A DNA stretch of 32,000 nucleotides. It comes from Vibrio cholerae ATCC 14035. GTDB taxonomy: Bacteria > Pseudomonadota > Gammaproteobacteria > Enterobacterales > Vibrionaceae. The stretch covers positions 270,001 through 302,000 of the forward strand of contig NZ_JHXR01000003.1 in the NCBI RefSeq assembly GCF_000621645.1, given 5' to 3'. Position numbers and translations under genes: made by a program. Below the pieces are notes generated by a model. The model was not told the DNA's origin and made no database searches. It saw only the letters and a list, made by a program, of their open reading frames with translations. Positions 1 through 11,477 of this stretch are shown piece by piece. How positions within the stretch are numbered: the stretch's first letter is position 1; every line of letters starts with the position of its first letter.

Positions 1-263
1 CACGCAACCAAATTCGTACCAGTATCTTCTACGATATGGCGAGCGTGTGGGATACCGAGTTCGATTATCGTGGTAAAGCGGATTATGGTAACCAGTACTA
101 TTACGATTATTCAGATCCAACCAATTACCGCTCATCTTACGGTGTGGCGTTGCAGTGGGTGTCACCAATGGGACCTTTAGTGTTCTCATTGGCTAAACCG
201 ATTAAAAAGTATGAGGGTGATGACGAAGAATTCTTCACCTTCACCATTGGAAGAACCTTCTAG
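1..263 (+). CDS. bamA: Outer membrane protein assembly factor BamA, C-terminal fragment (5' end lies outside the window)
   Basis: The reading frame is open from the window edge (codon phase of nt 3) to TAG 261-263. The tail ...[14 protein letters not shown]...[26 protein letters not shown] ends in the terminal aromatic residue typical of Omp85 barrels. It is followed by skp-lpxD, as in most gammaproteobacteria. Confidence 0.85.
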   Translation, partial: RNQIRTSIFYDMASVWDTEFDYRGKADYGNQYYYDYSDPTNYRSSYGVALQWVSPMGPLVFSLAKPIKKYEGDDEEFFTFTIGRTF

Positions 264-277
264 GAGAGGAACATATT

Positions 278-787
278 TTGAAAAACATGATCAAAGCAGC
301 CAGCCTTGGCCTGATTATTCTTAGCTCATCAATGATGGCGAATGCGGCTGAAGCAGCGCAGAAAATTGGCTACATCAACACTGCGCAAGTGTTCCAAGCG
401 CTGCCGCAACGTGAAGTCGTTTTGCAAAAGATGCAAGAAGAGTTCAAAGACAAAGCGGCTGAGCTGCAAGCTATCCAAGCGGATGCTAAAACCAAGATTG
501 AGAAGCTCAAGCGTGATGGTCAATTGATGGGACAAGATGAAGTAGAGAAACTGCGCATCGAAATCGGTCAATTGGACAGCAAATACAAGATCAAAGCACA
601 AGCGTTAGAGCAAGCGTCTGCTCGTCGTGAAGCCGAAGAGAAGCAAAAACTGTTTAAAGTGATCCAAGATGCAGTGAAGAAAGTGGCTGAGAAAGAAGGC
701 TACGATATCGTGCTAGACACGAGCTCAATGCAATACGGTAAGCCAGAACACAATCTGTCTGAGAAAGTTATTAAAGCCATTAAATAA
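278..787 (+). CDS. skp: Periplasmic chaperone Skp (OmpH)
   Basis: 169-aa ORF with signal peptide MKNMIKAASLGLIILSSSMMANA, followed by K/E/Q-rich coiled-coil sequence typical of Skp. It sits between bamA and lpxD. GGAGAGGA lies upstream of TTG 278; ATG 287 is an alternative start. Confidence 0.85.
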   Translation: MKNMIKAASLGLIILSSSMMANAAEAAQKIGYINTAQVFQALPQREVVLQKMQEEFKDKAAELQAIQADAKTKIEKLKRDGQLMGQDEVEKLRIEIGQLDSKYKIKAQALEQASARREAEEKQKLFKVIQDAVKKVAEKEGYDIVLDTSSMQYGKPEHNLSEKVIKAIK

Positions 788-796
788 TCGAAAATT

Positions 797-1852
797 ATGA
801 CCACACTCACTTTAGCCGAATTGGCTACTATCACCGGGGGGGAGTTGTTCGGTGATCCAACAGCACTGGTCAGTGCCGTTGCGCCTATGGATAAGGCACA
901 GCTTGGACATGTGACATTCTTGTCTAATCCTAAATACAGTAAGCACTTAGGTGATTGTAAAGCCACGGTGATCATGGTGAAAACCAGTGAGCGAGAACTC
1001 TGTCCGAGTAACGCTCTGGTGGTTGCCGATCCGTATGTTGCATTTGCTAAAGTGGCTCAGGCGCTGGATTCAACTCCTTCTCCTGCACACGGTATTGCAC
1101 CGAGTGCTGTGATTGCTGAAGATGCAAAGTTAGGTCACAACGTTTCGATTGGGGCAAATGCGGTCATTGAGTCAGGTGTTCAGCTTGGCGATAACGTAGT
1201 GATTGGTGCTGGCTGTTTTATCGGTAAACAAGCGCGTTTGGGCGATAACACTAAGCTTTGGGCCAATGTAACGATTTACCACAAAGTGGAAATCGGCTCA
1301 GATTGTTTGATTCAATCTGGAACCGTGATTGGTGCTGATGGCTTTGGCTATGCGAATGAGCGTGGCGAGTGGATTAAAATTCCTCAGCTTGGCTCTGTGC
1401 GTATTGGTGATCGCGTTGAGATTGGTGCTTGCACCACCATCGACCGCGGCGCGCTGGATGATACGGTGATTGAAGATAACGTGATCATCGATAATCAGCT
1501 GCAAATCGCTCACAACGTGCACATCGGATATGGTAGTGCGCTGGCGGGTGGTACAGTAATCGCCGGCAGTACACGCATTGGCAAGTACTGTATTATTGGT
1601 GGCGCTAGCGTGATTAACGGACATATCGAAATTGCCGATGGGGTGACCATCACTGGCATGGGTATGGTGATGCGCAGTATTGAGGAGAAGGGGATGTACT
1701 CTTCGGGTATTCCTCTGCAAACCAATAAAGAGTGGCGTAAAACGGCCGCTCGCGTACACCGTATTGACGATATGCATAAGCGACTGAAAGCTTTAGAAAA
1801 GTTGCTTGAGCAATCCGACACGGTACAGCCCGATAACTCTCAAGCTGAATAA
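797..1852 (+). CDS. lpxD: UDP-3-O-(3-hydroxyacyl)glucosamine N-acyltransferase LpxD
   Basis: 351 aa. An N-terminal domain is followed by a long run of hexapeptide (left-handed beta-helix) repeats, e.g. [26 protein letters not shown]. Synteny is skp-lpxD-fabZ. Confidence 0.95.
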   Translation: MTTLTLAELATITGGELFGDPTALVSAVAPMDKAQLGHVTFLSNPKYSKHLGDCKATVIMVKTSERELCPSNALVVADPYVAFAKVAQALDSTPSPAHGIAPSAVIAEDAKLGHNVSIGANAVIESGVQLGDNVVIGAGCFIGKQARLGDNTKLWANVTIYHKVEIGSDCLIQSGTVIGADGFGYANERGEWIKIPQLGSVRIGDRVEIGACTTIDRGALDDTVIEDNVIIDNQLQIAHNVHIGYGSALAGGTVIAGSTRIGKYCIIGGASVINGHIEIADGVTITGMGMVMRSIEEKGMYSSGIPLQTNKEWRKTAARVHRIDDMHKRLKALEKLLEQSDTVQPDNSQAE

Positions 1853-1864
1853 GCTGGTTTCAAA

Positions 1865-1888
1865 GGCTCGCACATTGCGAGTCTTTTC
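1865..1888 (+). terminator. Hairpin plus T-run between lpxD and fabZ (possible attenuator or weak intrinsic terminator)
   Basis: GGCTCGCA (1865-1872) pairs with TGCGAGTC (1876-1883), 8 bp including one G-U, followed by TTTT 1884-1887. The loop is only 3 nt unless the closing A-T pair opens. Confidence 0.4.
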
Positions 1889-1927
1889 GCTGTTGGGTAT
1901 TCCCTTATTTTTCTATTTACAAACAGG

Positions 1928-2389
1928 ATGATGACTTTGACTACTGATAAGAAAACGATGAATATCACTGAAATTCAATCGCTTCTGCCTCACCGCTATC
2001 CATTTTTACTGATTGATCGCGTGACCGACTATGAAGAAGGTAAGTACCTGATTGGTTTGAAAAATGTTTCAGTGAATGAGCCTCAGTTTACGGGTCACTT
2101 TCCACAACTGCCGGTTTTCCCCGGTGTATTGATTTTAGAAGCCATGGCTCAAGCCACTGGTCTGTTGGCGTTCAAAACCTTTGGTGCGCCAAAAGAGAAT
2201 GAACTGTACTATTTTGCCAGCATTGATGAAGCTAAGTTCCGTAAGCCAGTGACACCGGGCGATCAACTGATGATTGAAGTTGAATTCCTTAAAGAGCGTC
2301 GTGGTATCGCGCTGTTTAACGGCGTGGCCAAAGTCGATGGTGATGTGGTCTGTTCTGCTCAACTGAAATGCGCACGTCGAGAGTTTTAA
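1928..2389 (+). CDS. fabZ: 3-hydroxyacyl-ACP dehydratase FabZ
   Basis: 153 aa, collinear with E. coli FabZ, including [14 protein letters not shown] and the hot-dog active-site region FTGHFP...[14 protein letters not shown]. The start is ambiguous between ATG 1928 and ATG 1931. Confidence 0.93.
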
Positions 2390-2390
2390 G

Positions 2391-3179
2391 ATGATTCACG
2401 AAACTGCACAAATTCACCCAACTTCCGTCGTGGAAGAGGGCGCTATCATTGGTGCCAACGTTAAGATTGGTCCTTTCTGTTTTGTCGATAGCAAAGTCGA
2501 GATCGGTGAAGGTACTGAGCTGCTATCGCACGTTGTGGTCAAGGGGCCAACTAAAATCGGTCGCTTCAACCGGATTTTCCAGTTTGCTTCAATTGGTGAA
2601 GCGTGTCAGGACCTGAAATACGCTGGTGAAGATACGCAGCTCATCATTGGTGATCGCAATACGATTCGCGAAAGCGTCACCATGCACCGCGGTACAGTGC
2701 AAGATAAAGGCATCACTATCGTGGGTAGCGACAACCTATTTATGATCAACGCCCACGTTGCGCATGACTGTGTGATTGGCGATCGCTGTATTTTTGCCAA
2801 CAACGCGACCTTAGCGGGTCACGTAAAAGTGGGCAACCAAGCGATTGTGGGTGGCATGTCCGCCATTCACCAGTTCTGCCATATTGGCGATCACTGTATG
2901 CTGGGTGGCGGCTCTATTGTGGTGCAAGATGTGCCACCGTACGTGATGGCGCAAGGTAACCACTGTGCACCGTTTGGTATTAACGTGGAAGGCTTAAAAC
3001 GCCGTGGCTTTGATAAAGCAGAAATTCATGCGATTCGCCGTGCCTACAAATCCTTGTACCGCAATGGTTTGACCCTTGAAGCAGCCAAGGCTGAGATTGC
3101 CCAAGAAGCTGAGCAATACCCTAGTGTGAAACTGTTCCTCGATTTCCTTGAGAAATCTGAGCGTGGCATTATTCGCTAA
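2391..3179 (+). CDS. lpxA: Acyl-ACP--UDP-N-acetylglucosamine O-acyltransferase LpxA
   Basis: 262 aa hexapeptide-repeat acyltransferase with the LpxA-type C-terminal helical domain (GLKRRGF...[10 protein letters not shown]). It starts 1 nt after the fabZ stop. Confidence 0.95.
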   Translation: MIHETAQIHPTSVVEEGAIIGANVKIGPFCFVDSKVEIGEGTELLSHVVVKGPTKIGRFNRIFQFASIGEACQDLKYAGEDTQLIIGDRNTIRESVTMHRGTVQDKGITIVGSDNLFMINAHVAHDCVIGDRCIFANNATLAGHVKVGNQAIVGGMSAIHQFCHIGDHCMLGGGSIVVQDVPPYVMAQGNHCAPFGINVEGLKRRGFDKAEIHAIRRAYKSLYRNGLTLEAAKAEIAQEAEQYPSVKLFLDFLEKSERGIIR

Positions 3180-3211
3180 TTTGTTTAGTGAGTGAGCTAA
3201 CCAAACTATTT

Positions 3212-3243
3212 AAAGATCGCTGCTGATTCAGCGATCTTTTGCA
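3212..3243 (+). terminator. Strong stem-loop plus T-run in the lpxA-lpxB spacer
   Basis: AAAGATCGCTG (3212-3222) pairs perfectly with CAGCGATCTTT (3229-3239). The loop is 6 nt (CTGATT) and the 3' arm runs into TTTT (3237-3240). Confidence 0.6.
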
Positions 3244-3339
3244 TTTCTGTACTCTGGCGAGTGTCAAAACAGGGGAGATACCACCCAAGTGGCGAAGGCT
3301 TGAGTATCCATCAGCGCATGATGAACTGCGGAGGAAACC

Positions 3340-4479
3340 GTGAATAGACCATTACGGATTGGCATAGTTGTTGGGGAGCTCTCTGGCGACACCTTAGGCG
3401 AAGGCTTTATCAAAGCGATACGTGCTCGTTACCCAGATGCTGAGTTTGTCGGCATCGGTGGGCCGAAAATGAACGCACTTGGCTGTCAATCTCTGTTTGA
3501 TATGGAAGAGTTGGCCGTGATGGGTTTAGTGGAAGTGCTTGGCCGCTTGCCGCGCCTGCTGAAAGTCAAAGCCGAGCTGGTTAAGTATTTCACTGCCAAT
3601 CCGCCGGATGTTTTCGTGGGTATCGATGCGCCGGATTTTAATTTACGCCTTGAGCTGAGCCTTAAACAAGCGGGGATCAAAACCGTACATTACGTCAGTC
3701 CATCAGTGTGGGCGTGGCGACAAAACCGCATTCATGGCATTGCCGCGGCGACGCATTTAGTGTTGGCCTTCCTTCCATTTGAGAAAGCGTTTTACGACAA
3801 ATTCAATGTGCCTTGTGAGTTTATCGGTCATACCTTGGCGGATTCGATCCCGTTAGCGTCCGATAAGTTAGCCGCTCGCCAACTGCTTGGTCTGGATGAG
3901 CAGCGCCGCTGGTTAGCCGTTTTGCCGGGCAGCCGTGGCAGTGAAATGAAGATGCTCGCGGAGCCCTTTATCGCCACCTGTCAAAAACTGCAGGCGCGCT
4001 ATCCAGATCTTGGCTTTGTGGTGGCCTTGGTGAATGCTAAACGTCGTGCGCAGTTTGAACAGGCTTGGCAACAAGTCGCTCCTGAGCTGAATTTTGTGCT
4101 GGTGGATGATACCGCGCGCAATGTGATTACTGCAGCCGATGCGGTGATGCTTGCCTCCGGCACGGTGGCCTTGGAGTGCATGCTGCTTAAACGCCCTATG
4201 GTGGTCGGTTATCGCGTGAATGCCTTTACGGCCTTTTTGGCCAAACGTCTGCTGAAAACGCCGTATGTCTCTTTGCCGAATATCTTGGCGGGAGAGGAAC
4301 TGGTGAAAGAGCTGCTGCAAGATCATTGCACCGTCGACAACCTTTACCATGAAGTGAGCCGTTTACTCGAAAGCGACAACCAAGCCTTGATGGACAAATT
4401 TACCGAAATGCATCAATGGATCCGTAAAGATGCGGATCAGCAAGCGGCGCAAGCTGTGCTGCATTTGATTCAGAAATAA
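3340..4479 (+). CDS. lpxB: Lipid-A-disaccharide synthase LpxB
   Basis: 379 aa with a GTG start and GGAGGA at 3330-3335. Collinear with E. coli LpxB ([34 protein letters not shown]). Confidence 0.93.
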   Translation: MNRPLRIGIVVGELSGDTLGEGFIKAIRARYPDAEFVGIGGPKMNALGCQSLFDMEELAVMGLVEVLGRLPRLLKVKAELVKYFTANPPDVFVGIDAPDFNLRLELSLKQAGIKTVHYVSPSVWAWRQNRIHGIAAATHLVLAFLPFEKAFYDKFNVPCEFIGHTLADSIPLASDKLAARQLLGLDEQRRWLAVLPGSRGSEMKMLAEPFIATCQKLQARYPDLGFVVALVNAKRRAQFEQAWQQVAPELNFVLVDDTARNVITAADAVMLASGTVALECMLLKRPMVVGYRVNAFTAFLAKRLLKTPYVSLPNILAGEELVKELLQDHCTVDNLYHEVSRLLESDNQALMDKFTEMHQWIRKDADQQAAQAVLHLIQK

Positions 4480-4503
4480 CATTAACCAGATTGAGAAGAT
4501 ACC

Positions 4504-5124
4504 ATGGCGAAGAAACCAAGCATTGAGCTGCCTCCCTTTGAGATTCCTGCAGGTTATGCCTTGATTGCTGGAGTGGATGAAGTCGGGCGCGGCCCACTGG
4601 TGGGGGATGTCGTCACGGCAGCAGTGATCCTTGACCCTAATCGGCCGATTATGGGCTTGAATGATTCCAAAAAGCTCAGTGAGAAAAAACGCTTAGCCCT
4701 GTTTCCTGAGATTCAGGTAAAAGCCTTAGCTTGGGCGGTGGGGCGCTGTTCGCCGCAAGAAATTGATGAGCTGAACATCTTCCAAGCCACCATGGTCGCA
4801 ATGCAGCGCGCCGTCGCAGGGTTGCGCATTCAGCCTGATTTGGTATTGATTGATGGCAATAAAATTCCCAAGCTCCCAATGGAGGCGCAAGCCGTGGTTA
4901 AAGGCGATCTGCGTGTCGCGCAAATCAGTGCCGCTTCGATTATTGCCAAAGTGATCCGCGACCAAGAGATGGAAGCGTTGGATAAACAATATCCTCAGTT
5001 TGGTTTCGCCAAGCACAAAGGTTACCCAACCGCCGCGCATTTTGCTGCCATTGAGCAGCATGGAGTGATTGAGCAGCACCGTAAAAGTTTTGGCCCAGTA
5101 AAACGTGCTCTTGGTATAGAATAG
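4504..5124 (+). CDS. rnhB: Ribonuclease HII
   Basis: 206 aa with the RNase HII motifs [24 protein letters not shown] and [12 protein letters not shown]. Synteny is lpxB-rnhB-dnaE. Confidence 0.95.
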   Translation: MAKKPSIELPPFEIPAGYALIAGVDEVGRGPLVGDVVTAAVILDPNRPIMGLNDSKKLSEKKRLALFPEIQVKALAWAVGRCSPQEIDELNIFQATMVAMQRAVAGLRIQPDLVLIDGNKIPKLPMEAQAVVKGDLRVAQISAASIIAKVIRDQEMEALDKQYPQFGFAKHKGYPTAAHFAAIEQHGVIEQHRKSFGPVKRALGIE

Positions 5125-5162
5125 AGCGCAATTGCGTTTCCTAAGATTTGGATACTCCTTGC

Positions 5163-8100
5163 ATGTCAGACCCAAAGTTCATCCACTTACGTATACACAG
5201 TGATTTCTCTATGGTGGATGGTTTGTCCAAAGTCCCGCCATTGGTGAAAAAAGTGGCGGCAATGGGCATGCCCGCAATGGCCTTGACCGATTTCACCAAC
5301 CTGTGTGGCTTGGTGAAGTTTTACAGCACCGCGCATAACTGCGGGGTTAAGCCAATCATTGGCGCCGACTTTACTTTGCAATCGGAAGAGTTCGGTGATG
5401 AGCTGACCAAACTGACCTTGCTTGCTAAAAACAATGTCGGTTACAAAAACCTCACCTTATTGATTTCTAAAGCCTATTTACGCGGCCATGTCCAGCATCA
5501 ACCTGTGATTGATAAAGCGTGGTTGGTCGAGCATGCCGAAGGGCTGATTGTGCTCTCGGGAGGCAAAAGTGGCGAAGTGGGGCGCGCATTACTCAAAGGC
5601 AACCAACAACAAGTAGAAAGATGCATTGAGTTTTACCAAACTCACTTTGCCGATCATTTCTATCTAGAGCTTATCCGCACTGGCCGTGCTGATGAAGAGA
5701 GCTACTTACATTTTGCGCTGGATGTGGCAGAGCAGTACGACTTGCCCGTCGTGGCAACCAACGAAGTGGTGTTCATCACTGAAGAGTCGTTTGAAGCCCA
5801 CGAAATCCGAGTCGCGATTCACGATGGTTATACGCTGGAAGATCCACGCCGTCCGAAAAATTACAGTCCGAAGCAGTATCTGCGCAGCGAAGCGGAGATG
5901 TGTGAGCTGTTTGCAGACATTCCAGAAGCGTTAGCCAACAGTGTCGAGATTGCCAAACGTTGTAACGTGACCGTACGTTTGGGCGAATATTTCCTACCTA
6001 ACTTCCCAACGGGCGGGATGGCGATTGAAGATTTTCTGGTGATGAAATCTCGCGAAGGGTTGGAAGAGCGACTCGAATTTCTTTTCCCAGATCCAGAAGT
6101 TCGTGCCAAGCGTCGCCCTGAATATGATGAGCGTTTGCAAGTTGAGCTCGATGTGATTAACCAGATGGGCTTTCCCGGATACTTCTTGATCGTGATGGAG
6201 TTTATCCAGTGGTCAAAAGATAACGATATTCCAGTCGGTCCGGGACGGGGCTCGGGGGCGGGCTCATTGGTAGCGTATGCACTGAAAATCACCGACCTTG
6301 ATCCGCTGGAATACGATCTGCTGTTCGAGCGTTTCTTGAATCCAGAGCGGGTCTCCATGCCCGACTTCGACGTCGATTTCTGTATGGATAAGCGTGATCA
6401 AGTAATTGATCACGTAGCGGAAATGTATGGTCGTGATGCGGTATCACAAATCATCACTTTCGGTACCATGGCGGCGAAAGCGGTTATTCGCGATGTGGGG
6501 CGTGTACTTGGTCATCCGTTCGGTTTTGTCGATCGCATTTCCAAATTAGTGCCACCCGATCCGGGTATGACGCTCGAGAAAGCCTTTATCGCCGAGCCTG
6601 CACTGCAAGAGCTGTATGACGCGGATGAGGAAGTCAAAGAGCTGATCGACAAGTGTCGAATTCTGGAAGGCTGTACCCGTAACGCTGGTAAACACGCTGG
6701 GGGCGTGGTGATTTCGCCCACTGCCATCACTGACTTTGCGCCGATTTACTGTGATGCGGAAGGCAACTTCCCGGTTACTCAGTTCGATAAGAACGATGTG
6801 GAAACTGCCGGTCTGGTCAAATTTGACTTCTTGGGGCTGCGTACCCTTACCATTATTGACTGGGCTTTGGGCTTAGTGAACCCGCGTTTGAAAAAGGCGG
6901 GCAAACCCCCCGTGCGGATTGAAGCGATCCCGCTCGACGATGCGCGCTCTTTCCGTAACCTGCAAGATGCCAAAACCACCGCGGTATTCCAGCTCGAATC
7001 GCGCGGTATGAAAGAGCTGATTAAGCGACTGCAACCCGACTGTTTTGAAGACATCATCGCTCTGGTGGCGCTGTTTCGTCCGGGGCCGTTGCAATCCGGC
7101 ATGGTGGATAACTTTATCGACCGTAAGCATGGCCGAGAAGCCATCTCTTATCCGGATGAAAAGTGGCAACATGAATCGCTCAAAGAGATCCTAGAACCGA
7201 CCTACGGCATCATCCTCTATCAGGAGCAGGTGATGCAGATCGCGCAGGTACTGTCGGGTTACACCTTGGGTGGGGCAGACATGCTGCGCCGTGCAATGGG
7301 TAAGAAAAAGCCAGAAGAAATGGCTAAGCAGCGCGCTGTGTTCCAAGAAGGGGCGGAGAAAAATGGCGTCGATGGTGAGTTGGCGATGAAAATCTTCGAT
7401 CTGGTGGAAAAATTCGCCGGATACGGATTTAACAAATCGCACTCTGCCGCTTATGCGCTGGTTTCCTACCAAACCTTATGGTTGAAAACCCACTATCCAG
7501 CCGAGTTTATGGCGGCGGTAATGACCGCGGATATGGACAACACGGAAAAAGTGGTTGGCCTAGTGGATGAGTGTAAAAACATGGGATTGACCGTGTTGCC
7601 ACCGGACATTAACTCGGGTCTTTATCGCTTTAACGTCGATGACAACGGCGCGATTGTTTATGGTATTGGCGCAATTAAAGGGGTGGGTGAAGGTCCGATT
7701 GAAGCGATTTTGGAAGCGCGCAACAAAGGGGGATATTTCAAAGATCTGTTTGATTTCTGCGCGCGGATTGATCTGAAAAAGGTCAACAAACGGGTAATTG
7801 AAAAACTGATCTTGGCTGGCGCCCTGGATAGATTAGGCCCGCATCGCGCAGCCATGATGGCCTCAGTGGATGATGCGGTGCGTGCAGCAAGCCAACATCA
7901 CCAAGCGGAAGCGTTTGGACAAGCGGATATGTTCGGTGTGCTCACGGATGCGCCAGAAGAAGTCGAGCAGAAATACACGCAAGTGCCAGAATGGCCAGAA
8001 AAAGTGCGTTTGGAAGGGGAGCGCGAGACGCTTGGGCTCTATCTCACCGGCCATCCGGTGGATGAATACCTGAAAGAGCTCACCAAATACACCAGTTGCC

Positions 8101-8642
8101 GTTTGAATGAAGCCGCACCAACCCGGCGTGATCAATCCTTAACCGTTGCCGGATTGGTGATTGCAGCGCGGGTGATGACCACCAAACGTGGCACGCGAAT
8201 TGGTTTAATGACTTTAGATGACCGCTCGGGCCGTATGGAAGTGATGCTTTACTCGGAAGCACTCGATCGGTATGCAGAATGGTTAGAAAAAGATAAAATT
8301 CTGGTGGTTTCCGGACAGGTCAGCTTTGATGACTTCAATGGCGGACTTAAAATGTCGGCGCGCGAGGTCATGGACTTGGGCAGCGCGCGTGAAAAATTTG
8401 CCCGCGGTTTATCGATCTCGATTTTACAGTCGCAGATTGATCAACAATTTTTTGAGCGTTTTAGTCACATACTGGAACCTCACCGCGCAGGAACCGTACC
8501 TGTCAATGTATACTACCAGCGCCCTGATGCGCGAGCGCGCCTGACGTTAGGCACAGAGTGGCGAGTTACGCCAAGCGATACATTGTTAGACGAATTAAAG
8601 CAGCTACTTGGTCATGATCAGGTAGAACTCGAATTTAACTAA
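5163..8642 (+). CDS. dnaE: DNA polymerase III alpha subunit DnaE
   Basis: The track ORF starts at TTG 5148. I place the start at ATG 5163 ([17 protein letters not shown]...), which is collinear with the E. coli DnaE N-terminus. 1159 aa with PHP domain and pol III alpha motifs ([47 protein letters not shown]). Confidence 0.97.
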   Translation: MSDPKFIHLRIHSDFSMVDGLSKVPPLVKKVAAMGMPAMALTDFTNLCGLVKFYSTAHNCGVKPIIGADFTLQSEEFGDELTKLTLLAKNNVGYKNLTLLISKAYLRGHVQHQPVIDKAWLVEHAEGLIVLSGGKSGEVGRALLKGNQQQVERCIEFYQTHFADHFYLELIRTGRADEESYLHFALDVAEQYDLPVVATNEVVFITEESFEAHEIRVAIHDGYTLEDPRRPKNYSPKQYLRSEAEMCELFADIPEALANSVEIAKRCNVTVRLGEYFLPNFPTGGMAIEDFLVMKSREGLEERLEFLFPDPEVRAKRRPEYDERLQVELDVINQMGFPGYFLIVMEFIQWSKDNDIPVGPGRGSGAGSLVAYALKITDLDPLEYDLLFERFLNPERVSMPDFDVDFCMDKRDQVIDHVAEMYGRDAVSQIITFGTMAAKAVIRDVGRVLGHPFGFVDRISKLVPPDPGMTLEKAFIAEPALQELYDADEEVKELIDKCRILEGCTRNAGKHAGGVVISPTAITDFAPIYCDAEGNFPVTQFDKNDVETAGLVKFDFLGLRTLTIIDWALGLVNPRLKKAGKPPVRIEAIPLDDARSFRNLQDAKTTAVFQLESRGMKELIKRLQPDCFEDIIALVALFRPGPLQSGMVDNFIDRKHGREAISYPDEKWQHESLKEILEPTYGIILYQEQVMQIAQVLSGYTLGGADMLRRAMGKKKPEEMAKQRAVFQEGAEKNGVDGELAMKIFDLVEKFAGYGFNKSHSAAYALVSYQTLWLKTHYPAEFMAAVMTADMDNTEKVVGLVDECKNMGLTVLPPDINSGLYRFNVDDNGAIVYGIGAIKGVGEGPIEAILEARNKGGYFKDLFDFCARIDLKKVNKRVIEKLILAGALDRLGPHRAAMMASVDDAVRAASQHHQAEAFGQADMFGVLTDAPEEVEQKYTQVPEWPEKVRLEGERETLGLYLTGHPVDEYLKELTKYTSCRLNEAAPTRRDQSLTVAGLVIAARVMTTKRGTRIGLMTLDDRSGRMEVMLYSEALDRYAEWLEKDKILVVSGQVSFDDFNGGLKMSAREVMDLGSAREKFARGLSISILQSQIDQQFFERFSHILEPHRAGTVPVNVYYQRPDARARLTLGTEWRVTPSDTLLDELKQLLGHDQVELEFN

Positions 8643-8696
8643 AATTCAGCCAGTGCGCACTGAGGGTGGCATGGCTGAGTCACAAAGGATCGATAG

Positions 8697-9656
8697 ATGA
8701 GCCTCAATTTTCTTGATTTTGAAAAACCGATTGTCGAACTGGAAACGAAAATTCAGGCGCTGCGTGATGTGTCTCGTCACAGCACAAGCGCATCCGTAGA
8801 TCTGGATAAAGAGCTAGAACAGCTTGAGAAGAAGAGCCTTGAGCTGAAAAAGAAGATTTTCAGTGACTTAGGTGCATGGCAAGTCGCGCAATTGGCGCGT
8901 CATCCGCAACGTCCTTATACGCTGGATTATCTCAAACACATCTTTACTGAGTTTGATGAACTGGCGGGCGATCGCGCCTATGCCGATGACAAGGCGATCG
9001 TGGGCGGTATTGCACGCCTTGAAGGTCGTTCGGTCATGGTGATTGGTCACCAAAAAGGTCGTGAAACCCGTGAAAAGGTCAAACGTAACTTTGGTATGCC
9101 AAAGCCTGAAGGCTACCGCAAAGCGCTGCGTTTGATGGAAATGGCTGAGCGTTTCAATATGCCTATCATCACTTTCATTGATACCGCGGGCGCATACCCA
9201 GGTGTGGGTGCTGAAGAGCGCGGTCAGTCGGAAGCGATCGCCAAAAACCTTAAAGTGATGTCAGGCCTGAAGGTGCCAGTCATCTGTAACGTGGTGGGCG
9301 AAGGTGGCTCTGGTGGTGCGTTGGCGATTGGTGTCGGTGACTATGTGAACATGCTGCAATACTCAACCTACTCAGTGATTTCACCAGAAGGTTGTGCGTC
9401 GATTCTGTGGCGTGATTCTGATAAAGCGCCACAAGCGGCAGAAGCGATGGGTCTGATTGCTCCACGTTTGAAAGAGCTGGAGTTGATTGACGAAATCATT
9501 GAAGAGCCACTGGGCGGTGCGCATCGTGATCACAAACAGACTGCAGAGAATGTAAAAGCCACGCTACTGCGTCAGTTGGCCGATCTGGATGCACTGGATC
9601 ACGAAAACTTGCTGGAGCGCCGCTATCAACGTTTGATGAACTACGGTTACTGTTGA
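8697..9656 (+). CDS. accA: Acetyl-CoA carboxylase carboxyltransferase alpha subunit AccA
   Basis: 319 aa, collinear with E. coli AccA ([12 protein letters not shown]..., [15 protein letters not shown]). Confidence 0.96.
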   Translation: MSLNFLDFEKPIVELETKIQALRDVSRHSTSASVDLDKELEQLEKKSLELKKKIFSDLGAWQVAQLARHPQRPYTLDYLKHIFTEFDELAGDRAYADDKAIVGGIARLEGRSVMVIGHQKGRETREKVKRNFGMPKPEGYRKALRLMEMAERFNMPIITFIDTAGAYPGVGAEERGQSEAIAKNLKVMSGLKVPVICNVVGEGGSGGALAIGVGDYVNMLQYSTYSVISPEGCASILWRDSDKAPQAAEAMGLIAPRLKELELIDEIIEEPLGGAHRDHKQTAENVKATLLRQLADLDALDHENLLERRYQRLMNYGYC

Positions 9657-9675
9657 TTGCGGTTACTGTTGATTA
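9644..9675 (+). repeat. 16-bp tandem direct duplication spanning the accA stop codon
   Basis: CGGTTACTGTTGATTG (9644-9659) is followed directly by CGGTTACTGTTGATTA (9660-9675), 15/16 identical. The accA TGA stop (9654-9656) lies inside copy 1. Confidence 0.9.
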
Positions 9676-9712
9676 TTTCATCGCGCAGTGGCGGTGGAAT
9701 ATCCACATATAG

Positions 9713-9745
9713 AAAGGGTTGGCTTAGGTCAGCCCTTTGGCTTTT
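9713..9745 (+). terminator. Putative intrinsic terminator after accA
   Basis: AAAGGGTTG (9713-9721) pairs with CAGCCCTTT (9730-9738), 9 bp including one G-U. The loop is 8 nt, and GGCTTTT follows downstream. Confidence 0.5.
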
Positions 9746-9795
9746 CTGGGCTCAAGGGGTAAACTTGAGCCACTTTTCTCAACTCTCTGTGGTTT

Positions 9796-11118
9796 ATGGA
9801 CGATCTCTATCTCCACTTTGTGCAGCAATTAGCTCGCTATCCTTTTCGCAAAATCCTTCTCGCACTGAGCGGCGGCGTGGATTCGCAAGTTCTGCTTGCC
9901 CTTCTGGCGCGTGGACGCGATGAGTTTGGTTGGGATGTGACCGCGGTTCATGTTCATCATGGGTTGAGCCCGAATGCCGATCAGTGGGCGCAGCATTGCC
10001 AGCGCTGTTGCCGTGAAGTCGGCATGGCCTGTCAAATCGAATATGTACAGCTGGATGTGGCAAGTGGTGAAAGTATTGAGAAACTGGCGCGAGAGGCGCG
10101 TTATCGAGTCCTTGCTCCGCATGTGAATGCGCAGACACTGTTGTTACTTGGGCAGCATGCTGACGATCAACTGGAAACTTTTTTACTCGCATTAAAGCGC
10201 GGCAGTGGCCCAAAAGGGCTGGCCGCAATGGCTGCTTATGCCCCGTTTGCCGAGGGACATTTGCTCCGCCCTCTATTAACCGTCTCACGTCAACACATTG
10301 AAGCCTATGCCAAGCAGCACAAACTCACTTGGGTTATCGATGAAAGTAATGCAGATATCCGCTACGAGCGCAATTTTCTACGCCATCAGGTGACACCTGT
10401 ACTTACCGAGCGCTGGCCGAGCATTCGCCAAGCTGTGCAACGTAGTGCTGAGCTGTGTGCAGAACAAGAAGCGCTGCTGCAAGAGTTTTTAGCTGAAGCA
10501 TTAAAAAAGGCGATCACTGCTGAGGGCGGATTGTCGATCGCCGTTCTGGCTGAGGGCAGTGAGGGAATGCGTCGACAACTGATCCGAGCTTGGTTTGCGC
10601 ACCATAGGCTACCGATGCCCAGTCGTCAGCACACGGAGCGTATTTGGTGTGAGGTGGCGCTGGCGAGTGAGGACGCCAATCCAAAATTAAAGTTGAACCA
10701 TATTGAGGTGCGCCGTTTTCAGCACTGTCTGTACCTCGTGCCACCAGAAAAAGATCTTTCAGGCTGGCGCAGTGCATTAGTGCCTGAACAACGTTTGCCG
10801 TTGCCGCAAGGTCTAGGTCATCTTCAGTTGACCAGCAAGGCAGGTGGAAATATCAAGCTGCCCGATGACCCCAGCCAATTATGGGTTAGCTTTGAGCCGC
10901 AAGGGCTAGAGGCTTGTCCTGTTGGGCGGGTGGGTTCGCGCAAACTCAAAAAACTGTTTCAAGAATATGGTGTGCCGAGTTGGCGGCGGCGGCAAACACC
11001 CATCCTCATGTACCAAAATAGAGTGGTCTGTGTCGCGGATTTATTCGTAGATCGTGATTGGAGTGGGCAAGATTGTGAGTTGGTTTGGTTCAAATCTCAT
11101 GATTCTGTGCCAAAATAA
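9796..11118 (+). CDS. tilS: tRNA(Ile)-lysidine synthase TilS
   Basis: 440 aa with the N-type ATP pyrophosphatase PP-loop [14 protein letters not shown] near the N-terminus. Length and C-terminal domain are TilS-like. Located downstream of accA, as in enterics. Confidence 0.9.
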
Positions 11119-11153
11119 ATTCATAACCACACATAATCTATAGGGATAATTAC

Positions 11154-11477
11154 ATGGGGAAAGCAATGAACAAAATGGTTATAGCCCTCGCTTTGGGTGG
11201 CTGCGCTATGTCTGGTGCCGCTTTGGCGGGGGATGTGGCTGCAGGGCAAGCGAAAGCCGCGGTTTGCGCAGCGTGTCACGGCATGGATGGGATTGCCGTT
11301 ATTCCCGGCTACCCAAATCTTAAAGGGCAGAGTGAGCAATACTTGATTAGCTCCGTTAAAGCTTACAAAAATAAAGAGCGCACAGGTGGCTTGGCTGCAG
11401 TGATGCAAGCGCAAGCCATGATGCTCAGTGATGAAGATATTGCTAATCTGGCTGCTTATTACGCCAGCTTGAAGTGA
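11154..11477 (+). CDS. Small periplasmic monohaem c-type cytochrome (class I, c553/c554-like)
   Basis: 107 aa with an N-terminal signal peptide, a single CXXCH haem-binding site (CAACH) and a downstream Met-rich segment ([10 protein letters not shown]) that could supply the sixth ligand. ATG 11166 (MNKMV...) is an alternative start. Confidence 0.8.
   Translation: MGKAMNKMVIALALGGCAMSGAALAGDVAAGQAKAAVCAACHGMDGIAVIPGYPNLKGQSEQYLISSVKAYKNKERTGGLAAVMQAQAMMLSDEDIANLAAYYASLK

Noticed and set aside
1298-1821. 159-aa and 103-aa ORFs antisense to lpxD
   Set aside because: They lie fully inside the strongly supported lpxD CDS. Hexapeptide-repeat genes commonly leave long open antisense frames. There is no Shine-Dalgarno and no recognisable protein features.
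3318-3347. 9-codon upstream ORF (MMNCGGNRE) overlapping the lpxB GTG start
   Set aside because: It has no Shine-Dalgarno of its own, is very short, and the apparent overlap arises simply because the lpxB Shine-Dalgarno is read in another frame. There is no evidence for leader-peptide control.
5861-6358. 165-aa ORF antisense to dnaE, and similar antisense ORFs at 6779-7172, 7191-7472 and 7863-8135
   Set aside because: The translations are low-complexity and Ser/Arg-rich, embedded opposite the most conserved part of dnaE. These are shadow ORFs of a long, highly conserved gene.
9699-9707. Near-consensus DnaA-box ATATCCACA, present here and again at 25941-25949
   Set aside because: Each is 8/9 to TTATCCACA. 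Single near-consensus boxes are expected by chance at this frequency, and neither sits in a replication-related context. The one at 9695-9707 also forms a small palindrome GTGGA-ATA-TCCAC, but nothing else supports a function.
9657-10288. 88-aa (+) ORF after accA and 164-aa (-) ORF opposite tilS
   Set aside because: The + ORF starts at TTG immediately after the accA stop, runs through the accA terminator hairpin and overlaps the tilS start out of frame. The - ORF is antisense to the PP-loop region of tilS. Neither has a Shine-Dalgarno or any recognisable homology.
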